A DNA stretch of 63,758 bases, filler included, from Stramenopiles sp. TOSAG23-3 (Eukaryota): assembly GCA_900128585.1 (NCBI GenBank). It is 9 parts of 9 records of this genome, joined end to end, with 100 filler letters (N's around TTAATTAATTAA, not from the genome) between each part and the next. Parts side by side here need not be neighbours in the genome. Positions count along the whole stretch, not along the records: positions 1 to 8,574 come from LT643001.1; positions 8,675 to 17,248 come from LT643002.1; 7 more parts are not named here. One strand, written 5' to 3'. Position numbers and translations under genes: made by a program. The notes beneath the pieces are model-generated. The model was not told the origin of the DNA. It did not search any database and saw only the letters and a program-made list of their open reading frames with translations. Positions 1 through 11,446 of the stretch are shown one piece after another; the stretch's first letter is position 1, and every line of letters begins with the position of its first letter.

Positions 1-290
1 GTGAAAAACACGTGGGCATATCTGATAATCACAGGTTTGTCGTTGAAATATGAGGTGCGGCTACCGTGCAATTGCATTAGCCGTGTACCGTAATATAATA
101 CGAGCAAAGTTACAAGCGCGCGAGACTGCGTCTCATTTTCGTCTAGGAGGAACGGAAAGACAAGGGTTCCTAAAACAAGAGCGATATATACTAAGCTGGG
201 CACATAGTGTTGGATGAGGACGCAGAAACCCCCCACCCCATACACCAAGCCAAAAACTAACGGAGGCGACAAAATTGGAAGAAACTCCAT
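1..290 (-). CDS. Multi-pass membrane protein, N-terminal fragment running off the window (possibly MBOAT/wax-synthase-like)
   Basis: Not in the ORF track. ATG at 290 opens a stop-free frame to the window edge (MEFLPILSPPLVFGLVYGVGGFCVLIQHYVPSLVYIALVLGTLVFPFLL...RALVTLLVLYYGTRLMQLH) with three hydrophobic segments. Divergent from the gene at 1385. The family guess is weak. Confidence 0.6.
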   Translation of the reverse strand, partial: MEFLPILSPPLVFGLVYGVGGFCVLIQHYVPSLVYIALVLGTLVFPFLLDENETQSRALVTLLVLYYGTRLMQLHGSRTSYFNDKPVIIRYAHVFF

Positions 291-1384
291 CCAGCTCTTA
301 ATTTAATCTTCTAGGCACGATTCATAACTCAATCTTAGGTAATTGCCAATACCTCAAAACTACAGTTAAACTTTACTTTGAATATCGAACAACAAGGTAG
401 TAGTACTAACATTGATTCAGTCGTCATAGTATTATTATGTAATCTCTCATCTTCTACTAACTAGATATAATACCAAGTAAGTAGAAGAAGAAACATTAGA
501 CTATTATTATAATAATAAAAAAAAAATAATAATAAAAAAAGAAGTAGTAGAATAGTGAAGAATAATAAATAATAACGGCAGAGTTGTTGTTAGTGATAAC
601 TAATGACCAACAAAATATAATAATAATATGTGAAAAGGCAAAAATATTATATGAAAAACAATACATAGTTACCACGACTTCCGTGGATAAATCTAGTAGA
701 GAGAGTCTAGAAGAAATTTTTATGAAAGTAATTTAAGAACGGTGTCTGCAATAAGAGGCCAAGGGATTGACTGACGAGGAATACGAGGATATGAGAATTT
801 CGTTATAAATAATGGTACGAATATAATTATAATTATAAGTAAACTAATTAAGTAGGATAAATATATGAGAATTCCGTACAATACGCGTATTAGTCTATTT
901 AGTCAAGAGAGAGATTAAGATAAAAGATAGACTGTATTAGGTATATGATATATTTTAGTTATAAAGAAAGAAAGAAAGAAAGACTGAGGGGCTCTGAAAG
1001 GACTGTTGTCTCGTGGTGTGTGGTGTATTTTTATTATTGATTACTTAATTCTACGACGGTGGTGCGGCGGTATGAAAAAATGAAATTGATGATTAAAAAA
1101 AAAATATTTATTTTTAATAATTATTATTTTAGTAGTCGGTTCTATGTTGAATGCCAAAAGTTCGGGGGTGATGATAATAATAGAGACGATCTGTGTGTTT
1201 GTCCTGTACGGTTTAAAATGAAATGGAACAACGGTGTTCGCCAGGCAAGATTATGTTTCTTGCAAAGCTTGATTGATTCTTTTGCCTTTTCTTCTTTTGT
1301 GCAGGATTTTTTTCTTTTTCCTGCAACATTTCGAATTTATTTTTCCGTCCGGCGGCAGTATCGACGCGTGGCCGTTAAAAAGGG

Positions 1385-2608
1385 ATGGTGTGTCGATTTC
1401 GTACGACCGGGCAATTTTTGATGGTGGCGGTGGCCACGCTGGTGCTTTGCAGTTCTATCGGTCCCGCGCAGGGCTCGTCGCGGGAAGAATCGTTCCCGGC
1501 GGTGCCAAAGGCAACCGAGATTCAGAACCAGGCCATGTTTTTGGCAGCGGCCCTCGGAAAGCACAGTATCATGAATGATGCAATTGAAGGCAAAGTTGTA
1601 TACTGGAAGCATGGGAAAGCGCACATACAGCAGGGGACGCAGATCAAGTACAATATTTCGTGGACGGATCCAAACCGGTATACAGCCCTGCACATTGCGG
1701 CTTTAAACGATCATTTAGAAACTTGCCAAAAGCTTGTAGAATACGGCTGGAGAATGGACGCCACGGACCTGCGGGGGCTTACCCCCGGTAAGCTGGCTTT
1801 TCAACACGGCAATTACGAGACGGCGAAAACATTGGGGTTTCAAGGGAAGGCTGGAGGAAACTCGCTCGAAACGAACGGTGCGGCGAGCAAGGGCGAGAGA
1901 GAACAAATGAAAGCTGAGTACGAAAACAACAATGCCCTCTTTATCGCCGTGACGAGGAGCGACGAGGAGATGGTCCACCATGCGGTAATCAACGGGAAAT
2001 CCATAGAGGTGGACTGGGACACGCACTACAAACTTGGAATTACCCCGGGGAGCAGTCGCGCGAACGTGTTCATGCAATACGACCCGAGATGGAGCAAGGC
2101 GGGGAATAAAAAGCACGACCGCATGACGGGCTGGACCGCGCTGCACATGGCCGCTTACAAAAACAACCTTGAAATCATCAAAGACCTTCTGGATGCGGGG
2201 TGGGACAAGACGCAAAGAAATGGACAAGGTCAAACCCCTTTAGATATTTCTGAAGAATGGGAAACCATAGAAGTTCTCAAAACGTACTACCCTCGCTCGC
2301 GTTTGGAAACAAAGGGTCAGGAGGTGGACGACGACGGCAGTGGCCCCCCAGAGCGTAGCATGGCCTACGAGCCTGGGGGTGTGGTAACGCCGGAAAGTGC
2401 TGCGAAGCAAGATCTTGACGAGGCAGACAAAGCATTCATTGCCGGCCGGATGGAGGAGTACAAGAAGAATGGCCCTCAGTACTTTTCGCCGCCGAAGCCG
2501 TCCGAAGACAGCACCAGCGACGAAGACACCCCGCCGAGCGAAGGGGCTGGTATCCTGCTCTGGGACGAGCAGCAAGAGTTTCAGCAGCGCCAGCACCAGG
2601 GTCTCTGA
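1385..2608 (+). CDS. Ankyrin-repeat protein with signal-peptide-like N-terminus
   Basis: Two ankyrin clusters (YTALHIAALNDHLETCQKLVEYG...GLTP; GWTALHMAAYKNNLEIIKDLLDAG...GQTPLD). Hydrophobic LMVAVATLVLCSSIGPAQG at the N-terminus; alternative start 1421. Confidence 0.85.
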   Translation: MVCRFRTTGQFLMVAVATLVLCSSIGPAQGSSREESFPAVPKATEIQNQAMFLAAALGKHSIMNDAIEGKVVYWKHGKAHIQQGTQIKYNISWTDPNRYTALHIAALNDHLETCQKLVEYGWRMDATDLRGLTPGKLAFQHGNYETAKTLGFQGKAGGNSLETNGAASKGEREQMKAEYENNNALFIAVTRSDEEMVHHAVINGKSIEVDWDTHYKLGITPGSSRANVFMQYDPRWSKAGNKKHDRMTGWTALHMAAYKNNLEIIKDLLDAGWDKTQRNGQGQTPLDISEEWETIEVLKTYYPRSRLETKGQEVDDDGSGPPERSMAYEPGGVVTPESAAKQDLDEADKAFIAGRMEEYKKNGPQYFSPPKPSEDSTSDEDTPPSEGAGILLWDEQQEFQQRQHQGL

Positions 2609-2846
2609 TTGGGCATGCGGCACCGATACGTACACTAATCGTGCATTCGTACGAATTCATGATATTTATATTCTTTGTTTTTTATATTGTTTTCGTTTAG
2701 TACTCTTAATATTTTTCTGCTCTCTGTTGCCTTAGGGTTGTACGCCCACGTCTGTGTCAGATGAGGAAATGGCGTATATCAACACAACAAAACTTTTAAA
2801 AGGTTTAAATTTTTTTATGGTTTACAGTAAAACTCTCTTGCCCTCG

Positions 2847-3632
2847 CTAACGTCTGTGGAAGAGAAGTGTGAGGTGCATGCACCTTACACATAAATGACA
2901 CGCCAACAACATTTACCTGGCTTTCATCGGGGGCCACATGGAATTTGAGCCGCTTCCAGAGACGCTCAAGAAGGAATTCTTTCCGAATCGAAGGGTGTCG
3001 CTCCTCATGTTTGAATAAGTTCTGGGGGACCTTTTTACTTTTTGAATTGTCGTCAAATACCGTGCGGTCGACGTGTCCGGGTGAATGCGACGGTAACTTC
3101 CAGGGCCCAGGTGCTGGCCGTGCCCTTGTTGTTCTGGCTCTTTTGGGAAGCGAGGGCGTGGGGACCGCAGGGAAGCGTACTTACGAGGGGTGTGGTTCAG
3201 GGAGGATGCCATGGAGCGCTTGTGGCCAGTGTCGGTGTTGTACTGAAGTTTGCTCAAACTCTCGACCATATCCTTATCTACGTACGACTGAAGGAACCCG
3301 ACTTTGGGGAACCGGGGCTTCTTAGATCTCTCTCAAATTGCTGTACTTGATGGGCGTGTACTCCAGGGCACTCTTGAAGGAAGCCGACGTCCCCGTCTTT
3401 GTGAATGCTGTGTCGTAAAATGGCAGATGCTTGGATGCACTCCGTCGCTTTCTGGGGGAATAAAACCGGTCTTTGGTGCCCCTCATGTTGGAATACTTTC
3501 GTGGCGTGAGCTCCACGGATTCCCATATTCTGTAACGATGAAAAGAAACGACGTTGTGTTAGAAGCAATTGGCGAACGGAGGGGGAGGAGGGTAATCGAA
3601 ACTTACGATTTGCTCAAGGACGTGCCGTACAT
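2847..3632 (-). CDS. Spliced repeat protein (TPRKYSNMRS..RF repeats, LGPGSY motif; SHIPPO/ODF3-like), with one frameshift
   Basis: Exon 1 is 3632-3607 (MYGTSLSKS). Intron 3606-3530 (GTAAGT...CTAAC...TTACAG) splices in frame to IWESVELTPRKY. Frameshift at GAGA near 3327-3334. Probable second intron 2916-2854 (GTAAAT...CTTCTCTTCCACAG), stop TAG 2849-2847. This joins track ORFs 3322-3516 and 2913-3269. Confidence 0.7.
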
Positions 3633-4354
3633 GATGATGACTTAGTAATATACACAAGTCAGTCAAATGGTTGCTCGTTCGTGACCAGTCAATCAATGTA
3701 CGCACGGGATCGTTGAATTTTATACTAAAAGCGTTCCCAATGAATGAAAACAGGGGGATGTGGACGGGGTGGGTAGAAAAGATAAATTTTACTTCCCATC
3801 TGTCTGTACATCTATAATTATACATCTATAATTATACATGAATGAAATGTAAGTAATGTGAACAAATATTGTGATGAAGTCGTCGTACTTGTTAATATTA
3901 ATACCGTACTACTGATACCTGCTGTGATTATGATTAATTTCTACCGATAATATATTTGTCGTTCTATTCTATCACTATAATAATATACGTAGATGATGAT
4001 GATGGGTATTTTTTTCCTACTAATTATATGTTACAAAGTATAACGAAGCACTTGTTGCTTGATACAATTATTTCTTCTGACTAATAAAAAAGATTCGAAT
4101 GATTATTAAAATTATATAAAAAATGTAATTATAATATAATAGTATCCTCGTACAGTACTCCTATTTAAATATTTACAAGTGGAATAATAACTCCTTGTAT
4201 TATTTACATCATTAGTCTTTATACAAGTGAGTATTATAAGTAATATTAAACTCCATCATATTTTATTTAGATTTAATCTAACATACCATCATTTATTATA
4301 ATAGTCAGTCTAGAGTATAGAGAGAAACAAAGGACGGTGGTGTAACAGCCGATG

Positions 4355-4585
4355 TAAAGAAGGAAAAGAAGAAAAGAAGAAGAAAAGAAGAAAAGAAGAA
4401 AAGAAGAAAAGAAGAAAAGAAGAAAAGAAAAAAAGAAGAAAAGAAGAAAAGAAAAAAAAGTAAAAAAAAAAGTAAAAAATAATAAAAAAGGAAGGAAGGA
4501 AGAATAGTAAGAAGAAGGAAGGAAGTAAACAAGGAAAGAACGAAGGAAGGAACAAAGGAAGGAACTCATAAAGGAAGGAAGAAAC
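4355..4585 (+). repeat. Purine-rich low-complexity tract, (AAGAAAAG)n and (GGAA)n
   Basis: Visible tandem AAGAAAAG and GAAG units in the divergent intergenic region. Confidence 0.9.
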
Positions 4586-4662
4586 ATCGTCGTTCCTCGT
4601 ACGTATTCTATTCTAAATAAATCAGTTGAGTGATTTGAGGTCAGGGGTCAGGTAGGTATTAA

Positions 4663-4687
4663 TAGGTAGGTAGGTAGGTAGGTAGGT
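4663..4687 (+). repeat. (TAGG)n microsatellite
   Basis: taggtaggtaggtaggtaggtaggt. Confidence 0.9.
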
Positions 4688-5293
4688 GATGAAGAAGTTG
4701 TTGAGTCGATCTTAGATTTTTTATTTTAGTGATTTAGATAGAAATACTATTTAGTATTTAATAGTTGTCTCTATATTTGGACTATTGTAAGTATATATAA
4801 AGAGGGTTGAGGTTATTAAGAAGTCTATTTATGATGTGCCATTATATATTTTATCCGTGAGTTTATTTATATGAGTAAATGAACAAAAGAATTGTTCGTT
4901 TCAATTATTATATGCTGTTTCTATATATAAATATAGTGTTTGTTTCCTTCATTTTTTCTTTACAATTAACTCATATTATCGTTACTACTATACTTTTATA
5001 TAATATGTAGTAGACTATATATAGTCAGTCATCATCATCCTTAAGAAAATGTGGTTCGTTGGTCAATGATCATTTTTATTTCTATATATTTTACTTATAG
5101 TACTACTATTCGCTCATGTTCCATTAAGATATGGGGGAAATGTATATGCATCTTTTAGCTTTCCTTCAATTTGGTTTGTATTCCTGGCATCTATCGATTT
5201 TACCTCAAAGGCATAATATAAACGCCTTCCCTCTTCTTCTTTTTTGAGCTCTCAGACAACATTTGGTTCTTTCCGCAGAGCTCTTGTCTTAGC

Positions 5294-7477
5294 ATGTCGT
5301 TCTCGGCGTCGAAATCGCACCGGCTCGTGCGGGGTGGGGGAAAGCATTCGGCGAAACGGCGGAACGGTGACAAGCAGAAAAGTCCTGTTGGCGCGGAATT
5401 GGGTGATCAAGAAACAAAAAAAAGGGTGAAAACGCTCGGCATAAGCTACCTTCGCAACTCCAGAAACACCCCTAGTCCGAAAAAACAAGGCCCCATGCCG
5501 GTCGGGCGATTGGCGCTGCACGTCATGGAGCGAATACGAAGGATTGCGCTCCGGAACCAAAATGGTGGCAAGAAAAAAATAGACTTGAAGGACATCTTTT
5601 CAAAGTTAGACGAAGACAAAAGTGGACAATTAGACAGGAAAGAGTTTTACTCCGCTTTGAAAACCCTCGGGCTAGAAATTACTAGGGAAGAATTCAACGA
5701 CGTCTTCCTCGTTTTTGACCCGAACAATACTGGTGGCATAGATTACGACGAGTTTGTGTGGGCGTTTTACAACCGGAGGTCGTTCAAATCTACGGCTGTG
5801 TCCAAACCTCCAGTCCCGGTGCCGGCCCCAGAGCCAAAGAAAACCCCGCCCCCTCCGCCGCCACCGGAAGAGCCAAAGCGCCCGAAGAACATGAGCGCGC
5901 GAGGGTGGGCGGCCGTTAGAAAACACGTGCGAAGAACATCCACGGCAAACGCGGAAACAACGGTGAACGCGGGAAGTCCAGTAGACTCGGGCGCTCCTTC
6001 GCCGGCATCGAGTGGGTGGAGCACCATCCAAAAGTACGTCCGAGAAGAGGAAGGCCTATCGCTACAGTCTGCCTTGGGGAGTTCCGGGCTCGTGTCGGTC
6101 GCGGAAGAGGACGACGCGTTCGACGAATCCTTGCCTCTGAGCGCGCCCTACGCGGACGATAGACGGTCCAGCAGGAGGGGGTGGGACATTATCCGGCGGG
6201 AATCTTTCATGGCAAAGCCGCTGATGCAAAAGATCAGCACCGTTTTAAAGACTCCGTCGGAAGAGAAAAAGAAGGCCCTGGTCCCAGCGCTGCCGCCGCC
6301 CCTGGAAACTGCCGCTTCCCCTTTGGCGAAAGAAATTCGCGATCTTGCGGCCCTGAAAAACGACGGAATCCTGACTGAAAAGGAATTCCTGGTGGCAAAG
6401 AGCAAGGTTTTAGGCGTTATCCCCAGCAACGAGGATTTGGAGGGGGCGGCCAAGGAGAGGGAAATGGCCGGAATAGAGGATGAGAAAGCAAGGATTGAGG
6501 ACGAAAAGGCCAGGCTGGTGGAAGAGAAGGCGGAGCTGGAACGCGCCAAGCAGCGAGAAATACAAGACCAAGCGCTGTATGACCGAGAGCGACAAAAGAT
6601 CGAAGAGATGGAGCGGAGGGAAGAAGAACGGCGCGCCGTTCTGGAAGAACAACGGCACCTGGACGAGTTGCGGCGTAGAGAAGAGACTGAACGGAAAAGC
6701 TCTGAAGCGAAAGTGTTCAAAGAAAAACTAGACGAAACCCGCAAGCAGCTGCGACAAGCATTTTTGGACAAGGCCAAAATGGCCCGAAGTATTCGCCAAT
6801 TGCAGGCTAGGGTGGCGGCGGACGAAGCAAAACTGTCCCACGCTCGCAAGGAAGAGGAGGACAAGATAAGTGCAATCAAGAAGCACATTATCATTAACGG
6901 GCAGGAAACGCTCGATGACTTCGATAACAAAATCGATGAGAGTGCCGTGGTGGTGCACGTTGTGAAAAAAACGGCGAGTCCCAGAAAGGACGAAAAAATT
7001 AACACATCCCAGACCAGAGAACGGCCAGAATCGAAAGATCCTGAGACGGAAATTATGGACGTCGTGTGGGAAAACTTTGGGCCAAGCGGGCGTGCCCGAG
7101 GGGAGCAAAGCCCTTTTCGTGTTGCGGCCAAAGACGGGCAAGACAACCGTACTCTTGCAATGTTAGAGTGCCCGGGCGGTCAGCTTTCAGCCATAGGGAT
7201 TGCAGATATAGATGGAAAAGGGAAGCGGCTGTCATTGATCCGGCTGACGGAAGAGATTATGCTCATCGATGAAATCGAAAACATTGGAAGAGTTGATAAG
7301 ATGGCAAAGCTGGTGCGGGCCCGGCACATCGTTGTGGTGAATGTGAAAGGAAAGCAAGTGCAGATTGTTCTTGAGACGAAAAATGACATGATAGACATGG
7401 TAATGCCGGACGAGGAGAGCGCAGTTCGATTTGCACAGCACCTACATGGGATGATAAAGAGGGATGTGAAGTCTTAA
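5294..7477 (+). CDS. EF-hand pair + Pro-rich + SHOCT-like + coiled-coil protein with possible C-terminal PH-like domain
   Basis: EF loops DEDKSGQLDRKEF and DPNNTGGIDYDEF; SHOCT-like LAKEIRDLAALKNDGILTEKEFLVAKSKVL; E/K/R-rich coil; 727 aa, uninterrupted. Confidence 0.85.
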   Translation: MSFSASKSHRLVRGGGKHSAKRRNGDKQKSPVGAELGDQETKKRVKTLGISYLRNSRNTPSPKKQGPMPVGRLALHVMERIRRIALRNQNGGKKKIDLKDIFSKLDEDKSGQLDRKEFYSALKTLGLEITREEFNDVFLVFDPNNTGGIDYDEFVWAFYNRRSFKSTAVSKPPVPVPAPEPKKTPPPPPPPEEPKRPKNMSARGWAAVRKHVRRTSTANAETTVNAGSPVDSGAPSPASSGWSTIQKYVREEEGLSLQSALGSSGLVSVAEEDDAFDESLPLSAPYADDRRSSRRGWDIIRRESFMAKPLMQKISTVLKTPSEEKKKALVPALPPPLETAASPLAKEIRDLAALKNDGILTEKEFLVAKSKVLGVIPSNEDLEGAAKEREMAGIEDEKARIEDEKARLVEEKAELERAKQREIQDQALYDRERQKIEEMERREEERRAVLEEQRHLDELRRREETERKSSEAKVFKEKLDETRKQLRQAFLDKAKMARSIRQLQARVAADEAKLSHARKEEEDKISAIKKHIIINGQETLDDFDNKIDESAVVVHVVKKTASPRKDEKINTSQTRERPESKDPETEIMDVVWENFGPSGRARGEQSPFRVAAKDGQDNRTLAMLECPGGQLSAIGIADIDGKGKRLSLIRLTEEIMLIDEIENIGRVDKMAKLVRARHIVVVNVKGKQVQIVLETKNDMIDMVMPDEESAVRFAQHLHGMIKRDVKS

Positions 7478-7756
7478 ATCCAAAGGGGTGCAATGATGAC
7501 GTACTTTCTCTGGGAGAGAGAAATAGGGTTCACTGTGTGGAGTGTCGAATACCCATATATGTTAGATTTTTAAATGTACAAAAATTAAGATTTTATGATA
7601 TTTTTACGATTCGAGAGAAATTGCAAAATTTTTATAACAGCCAATTTTATTGTTTTTAGTTAAGTGCCTAAAACCTGTAAAAATAAAAATCCTGATTGAG
7701 TACTCCGAACCCCGCTTAAAGTTTTCCTCGCCGCCCGCCATCCCCGCCACGCGCTC

Positions 7757-8574
7757 CTACCAGAAAATATCTTGTTCGGCATCGAATTCCTCGTCGTCAC
7801 TGTCGAATTCAAGTGCTGGGTCGAGTAACCACTCGTCGCAGCAAGAGACTGATGCAGCACAGCATGTACGGTATTTCACCCACTCTTGAGACAACTCCCA
7901 GCCCCAGTCGTCTTTGCGCCTGGAGATTTCTAAAGAAGGCCAATTGTTGATTTTTATGAATTGGCCCTTCTTGCCATATCTAGACTTTGTAAACCTCCAT
8001 TTAATCGTTGGAATAAACGCTTGGACTTCTGGGTCGTCGTACAGAAAGTCGTGTTTCGCCGACATTGATGCTAGCTCTGAATTCCTACAGCCGTCCTCGT
8101 TCCCACTCTTGTTATTTTGTTGAAAACCAGAAACCCCTCCACCTTTCAAGAAGCAGCGATACAAAGGCCTCGGATCGATTCGTCTAAACGACGAGTCTTT
8201 GTTGCACCAGTACGGTCCAGCCTGGCGGCGGAACCTGAAATGAAAATGCTGCGCTGCGAGCTCATCCACGCTTTCAAAGAACATTCGCTTTGAATCCTTT
8301 ATAGAACCAAAGTAAGACTGAAGAGATGGCGACGTCGCAAAGCGCCATGGGACATACACTTTATTTTCCCATAATGTAGAGCAATGCTTCGTCCACAGCC
8401 ACCAGCTTGTGGCGCCTTCTGTAACATTGCAAGGCATTGCTCGAGTCAGCGTCGCAAAATACCTGCTCGCTGTTCCTACCAAAACAAGGTCGATGGGGGC
8501 GAGAAATTCCAACAGTAGCTCGGAAACACTTAAATTTATAGATCCAAACAATGACGAACAAACATGTGCTACAC
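7757..8574 (-). CDS. F-box-like protein, 5'-truncated at contig end
   Basis: F-box-like LLLEFLAPIDLVLVGTASRYF..L followed by W..HC..LW; aromatic C-terminal block INNWPSLEISRRKDDWGWELSQEWVKY. Frame is open to the spacer. Confidence 0.6.
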
Positions 8575-8674
8575 NNNNNNNNNNNNNNNNNNNNNNNNNN
8601 NNNNNNNNNNNNNNNNNNTTAATTAATTAANNNNNNNNNNNNNNNNNNNNNNNNNNNNNNNNNNNNNNNNNNNN
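8575..8674. other. Artificial contig spacer N44-TTAATTAATTAA-N44
   Basis: 100-bp linker with stops in all six frames. Confidence 0.98.
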
Positions 8675-8675
8675 C

Positions 8676-9962
8676 CATGAGCAAAAACGCTTAACGTTGG
8701 AAACGGAAGAGCACATCGATGAAGGCGAATTAGGAGAGTCTGATCAGAGGATAAAGCTGCACCGCCTACAAGCTGAGCAAGGAAACGTTGATTCAATGCT
8801 TGCACTAGGTAACCTGTACTACTATGGTGGACGCGGTTTGCCGCGCGACCAAGTTCAGGCCTTGAGGTATTTTCGTATGGCAGGAAGTGCGCCCAATTTT
8901 CACGCATCGGGACAAATGGGGGTCGCCAACATGTTGTTGAAAGGAGAAGGCACGGAAAAGAACACAACCGCAGCAGTAGAGTGGTATGAAAAGTCGGCCG
9001 CGCAAAATCACACCCGGGCCCTCAATGGCTTGGGTTATTTATATTTTTTTGGGAACTCTTTGCCAAAGAATGATACGAAGGCGTTTGAGTACTTTAACAG
9101 GGCAGCAAAAAAAGGAACAGATGGCGACAGTCTTTTCAATGCCGGTTTCTGTTTGTACGACGGCACGGGTACGAAGAAGGATGTGCCGGCAGCTATAGCC
9201 CTTTTCAAGAGAGCAGGAAGAGACTTTGGACACTTCCCAGCGGTGCATAAAATGGGCGGAATCTCTCTCCGGGGTGAGGATGCTGGCGGCCGTGTCTGCT
9301 CGGCAGCTCTGGAGTACTTGCGCCCATCTGCGCAGCATGGGTCTTGGGGAAATGTTGTGCGCCGGGGCTTCAACAGGTTTTTATCAAACGATCCAACACG
9401 GGCTGCAATACGCTATTTGGAAGGTGCGGAACTTGGGTACGAAGTTGCCCAAAGTAACGCTGCATACATTTTTGATCGTGGTTACATTAATGAGGCAGAA
9501 TTTGCCGGTCGGCAACAAGATCGTGCGGTCGCAACGGCCACAACCCAGCGTGCAGATAGAGAGAAGAAAGTAAACGGTGATAAACTAGCCCTGAGGCTGT
9601 ATTTAATGGCACGAAAAGAAGGAAACAAGGAGCATGATCTGCGTATTGGTGATTTTTACTACTATGGTAAAGGGGGGATTTCTAAAAACTTTACTATGGC
9701 TGCAACATATTACCGGCAAGCATCTGCTTACGGAGTCGCACAGGCAGCCTATTCGCTGGGCACTATGTACGAAAAAGGGGAAATTAATGCTGGCGGAAAG
9801 GAAGTGCTTCCGTGTGATGGTAGAGCGGGGGGGGAATGCATTTCCGATAATGACGATTCTGCCAGAGGAACAGGCGCTGTGGAGAGGGCACTGGCGAAGA
9901 AATACTTCCAACGAACGTTGGAGCTTAATCCAGCACCGGAGGTAGAAGTTGTTATCAACCTG
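8676..9962 (+). CDS. Sel1-repeat region of a SEL1L/HRD3-like protein (partial; ends at an inversion junction)
   Basis: Multiple Sel1 repeats (AEQGNVDSMLALGNLYYYGGRGLPRDQVQALRYF; AELGYEVAQSNAAYI; RIGDFYYYGKGG; AAYSLGTMYEKG). Residues after about VINL are the antisense of the neighbouring ORF. Confidence 0.85.
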
Positions 9963-11446
9963 GTGCCGGCAAACCAGGGATCTTTCCCAACGTGTAAAAA
10001 CCCGTTATTTGCCACGATATTTTGTTTAAATTTCAGCGTGATATCGATCTTTCCGTTTATAAACACATCAATCTCGTACTTTATCGTTTTGTGACCCGGG
10101 TAGAGGCGCTCCGACGAGGGCGCAACAATGTCGGTGAGCAATAGGGCCTTTTCCAGGGCGGCAGACTCCGATGGAGCCGACTGCGAGTGGTTTCGGAATA
10201 CAAATGTTAGATGCGTCCAAACCCGTACAGGCAGTTCCGACCGGGACTCTTGACCCATGTCCGTGTTCTCGTTGCTGCTGACACGGACACTCAAGTGTCG
10301 AGAATGTGGCATCAACCATATCGAGGGTGTCCTGTGGCCATCCGAGGGATTTGGCCCTTTAAATATTAACGACCTATGTTTCCCTGTCGAGTCTTCCATC
10401 AAGTACACCCACATGCTAAAAGACCAGGACTTTTCCCCGTTTCTGGGCAAAACTTCACGGGGTAATGTTAACCCCCGCGTTCCATCCATAGACAAGACCC
10501 CGTCTACCGAATAATATTTATCCGCACCTGTCATATCGAAAGAAATGTCTTCGTTTGCCTTTTCGACAATAACATCGTCGCAAAGCTTCACGTTTATTGA
10601 GGAGTTGCTTTTAGCGAAAACATTACTACTGCTCGTGCGGCCGTATTGCTTCGCAACCACCCGGACATCGTACGGCCCATCTTCCCCAAGCCGGACCGAC
10701 ACGCTGTCCTTTTTCCCTACCGTAGCTTTCGTTTTGTTTAGCTCAAAGATTTTCTGGTCCTTCTCTTCTTTCGAAAGTTCGAAGATCTTTTTGCGCAGTC
10801 GAACTTGCAACTTGCCGATACTGAGTTCTTCACGAGGCGCTGCCCCTGTTTGGTTTGTCACCGTTACTTTCAGGTTCGTCTCGTCGAGCCATACCCCGCT
10901 ATAATTGGCTCCAATATTTCTGGAAAATATAAACACGTTATCGACTCCTTCCTTTGTACTTATGTTTGGGGTATTAGTTGCTTGGTTAAATGTGATCGTT
11001 AAGGTGGTATCACTATCGTCATCCAGTTCGCCAAAGAACCCAGTTGCGATTGCGTTAGAGACCGAAGGTTCAGAGCACAAGTCTTGGTCCAGCTTGCACC
11101 AAACCACTTGGCGGGGCTCAGGTTTTCGGTAAACCATCGCCTCAGCCGCCATCAAATCAGAGACGTCTTTTGTGCACAGGGAAAAATGAGTCACACAATG
11201 ACCGGAGTCCTTTTCGTATACGCAAACTTGTGGTCCGTTGACAGGGTCATCACAATGTTGCTTCAGGAAAGATTCGTAAGGGACATGCCAATCCAGGGCA
11301 ACGCGGTCAAAAACACAGGAAGAGGGAGACGAAGTGATGTTCAACTGAATTCCGGCGCCATCTTTACTGCTCTTCGCACCAAGCACTTCCTGCCAAGGAA
11401 AAAAGCGACATAAAAAACCCAGCAGAAATACTCCACGGCAGCGCAT
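9958..11446 (-). CDS. Signal peptide + LamG/concanavalin-A-like domain; probable N-terminal half of the same Sel1 gene
   Basis: ATG 11446 MRCRGVFLLGFLCRFFPWQEVLG. LamG motifs SWSFSMWVYL, RTPSIWL, WTHLTFVF, DVFINGK, LHVGKDPW. The domain breaks off before its usual last strands. Confidence 0.75.

Noticed and set aside
4273-4587. Phe/Ser/Leu-rich minus-strand ORFs
   Set aside because: Translations of the purine-rich microsatellite, which lacks stops by composition.
9749-10094. Genuine antisense overlap of two protein-coding genes
   Set aside because: Both ORFs lose domain sense at about 9960; an inversion junction explains it better.
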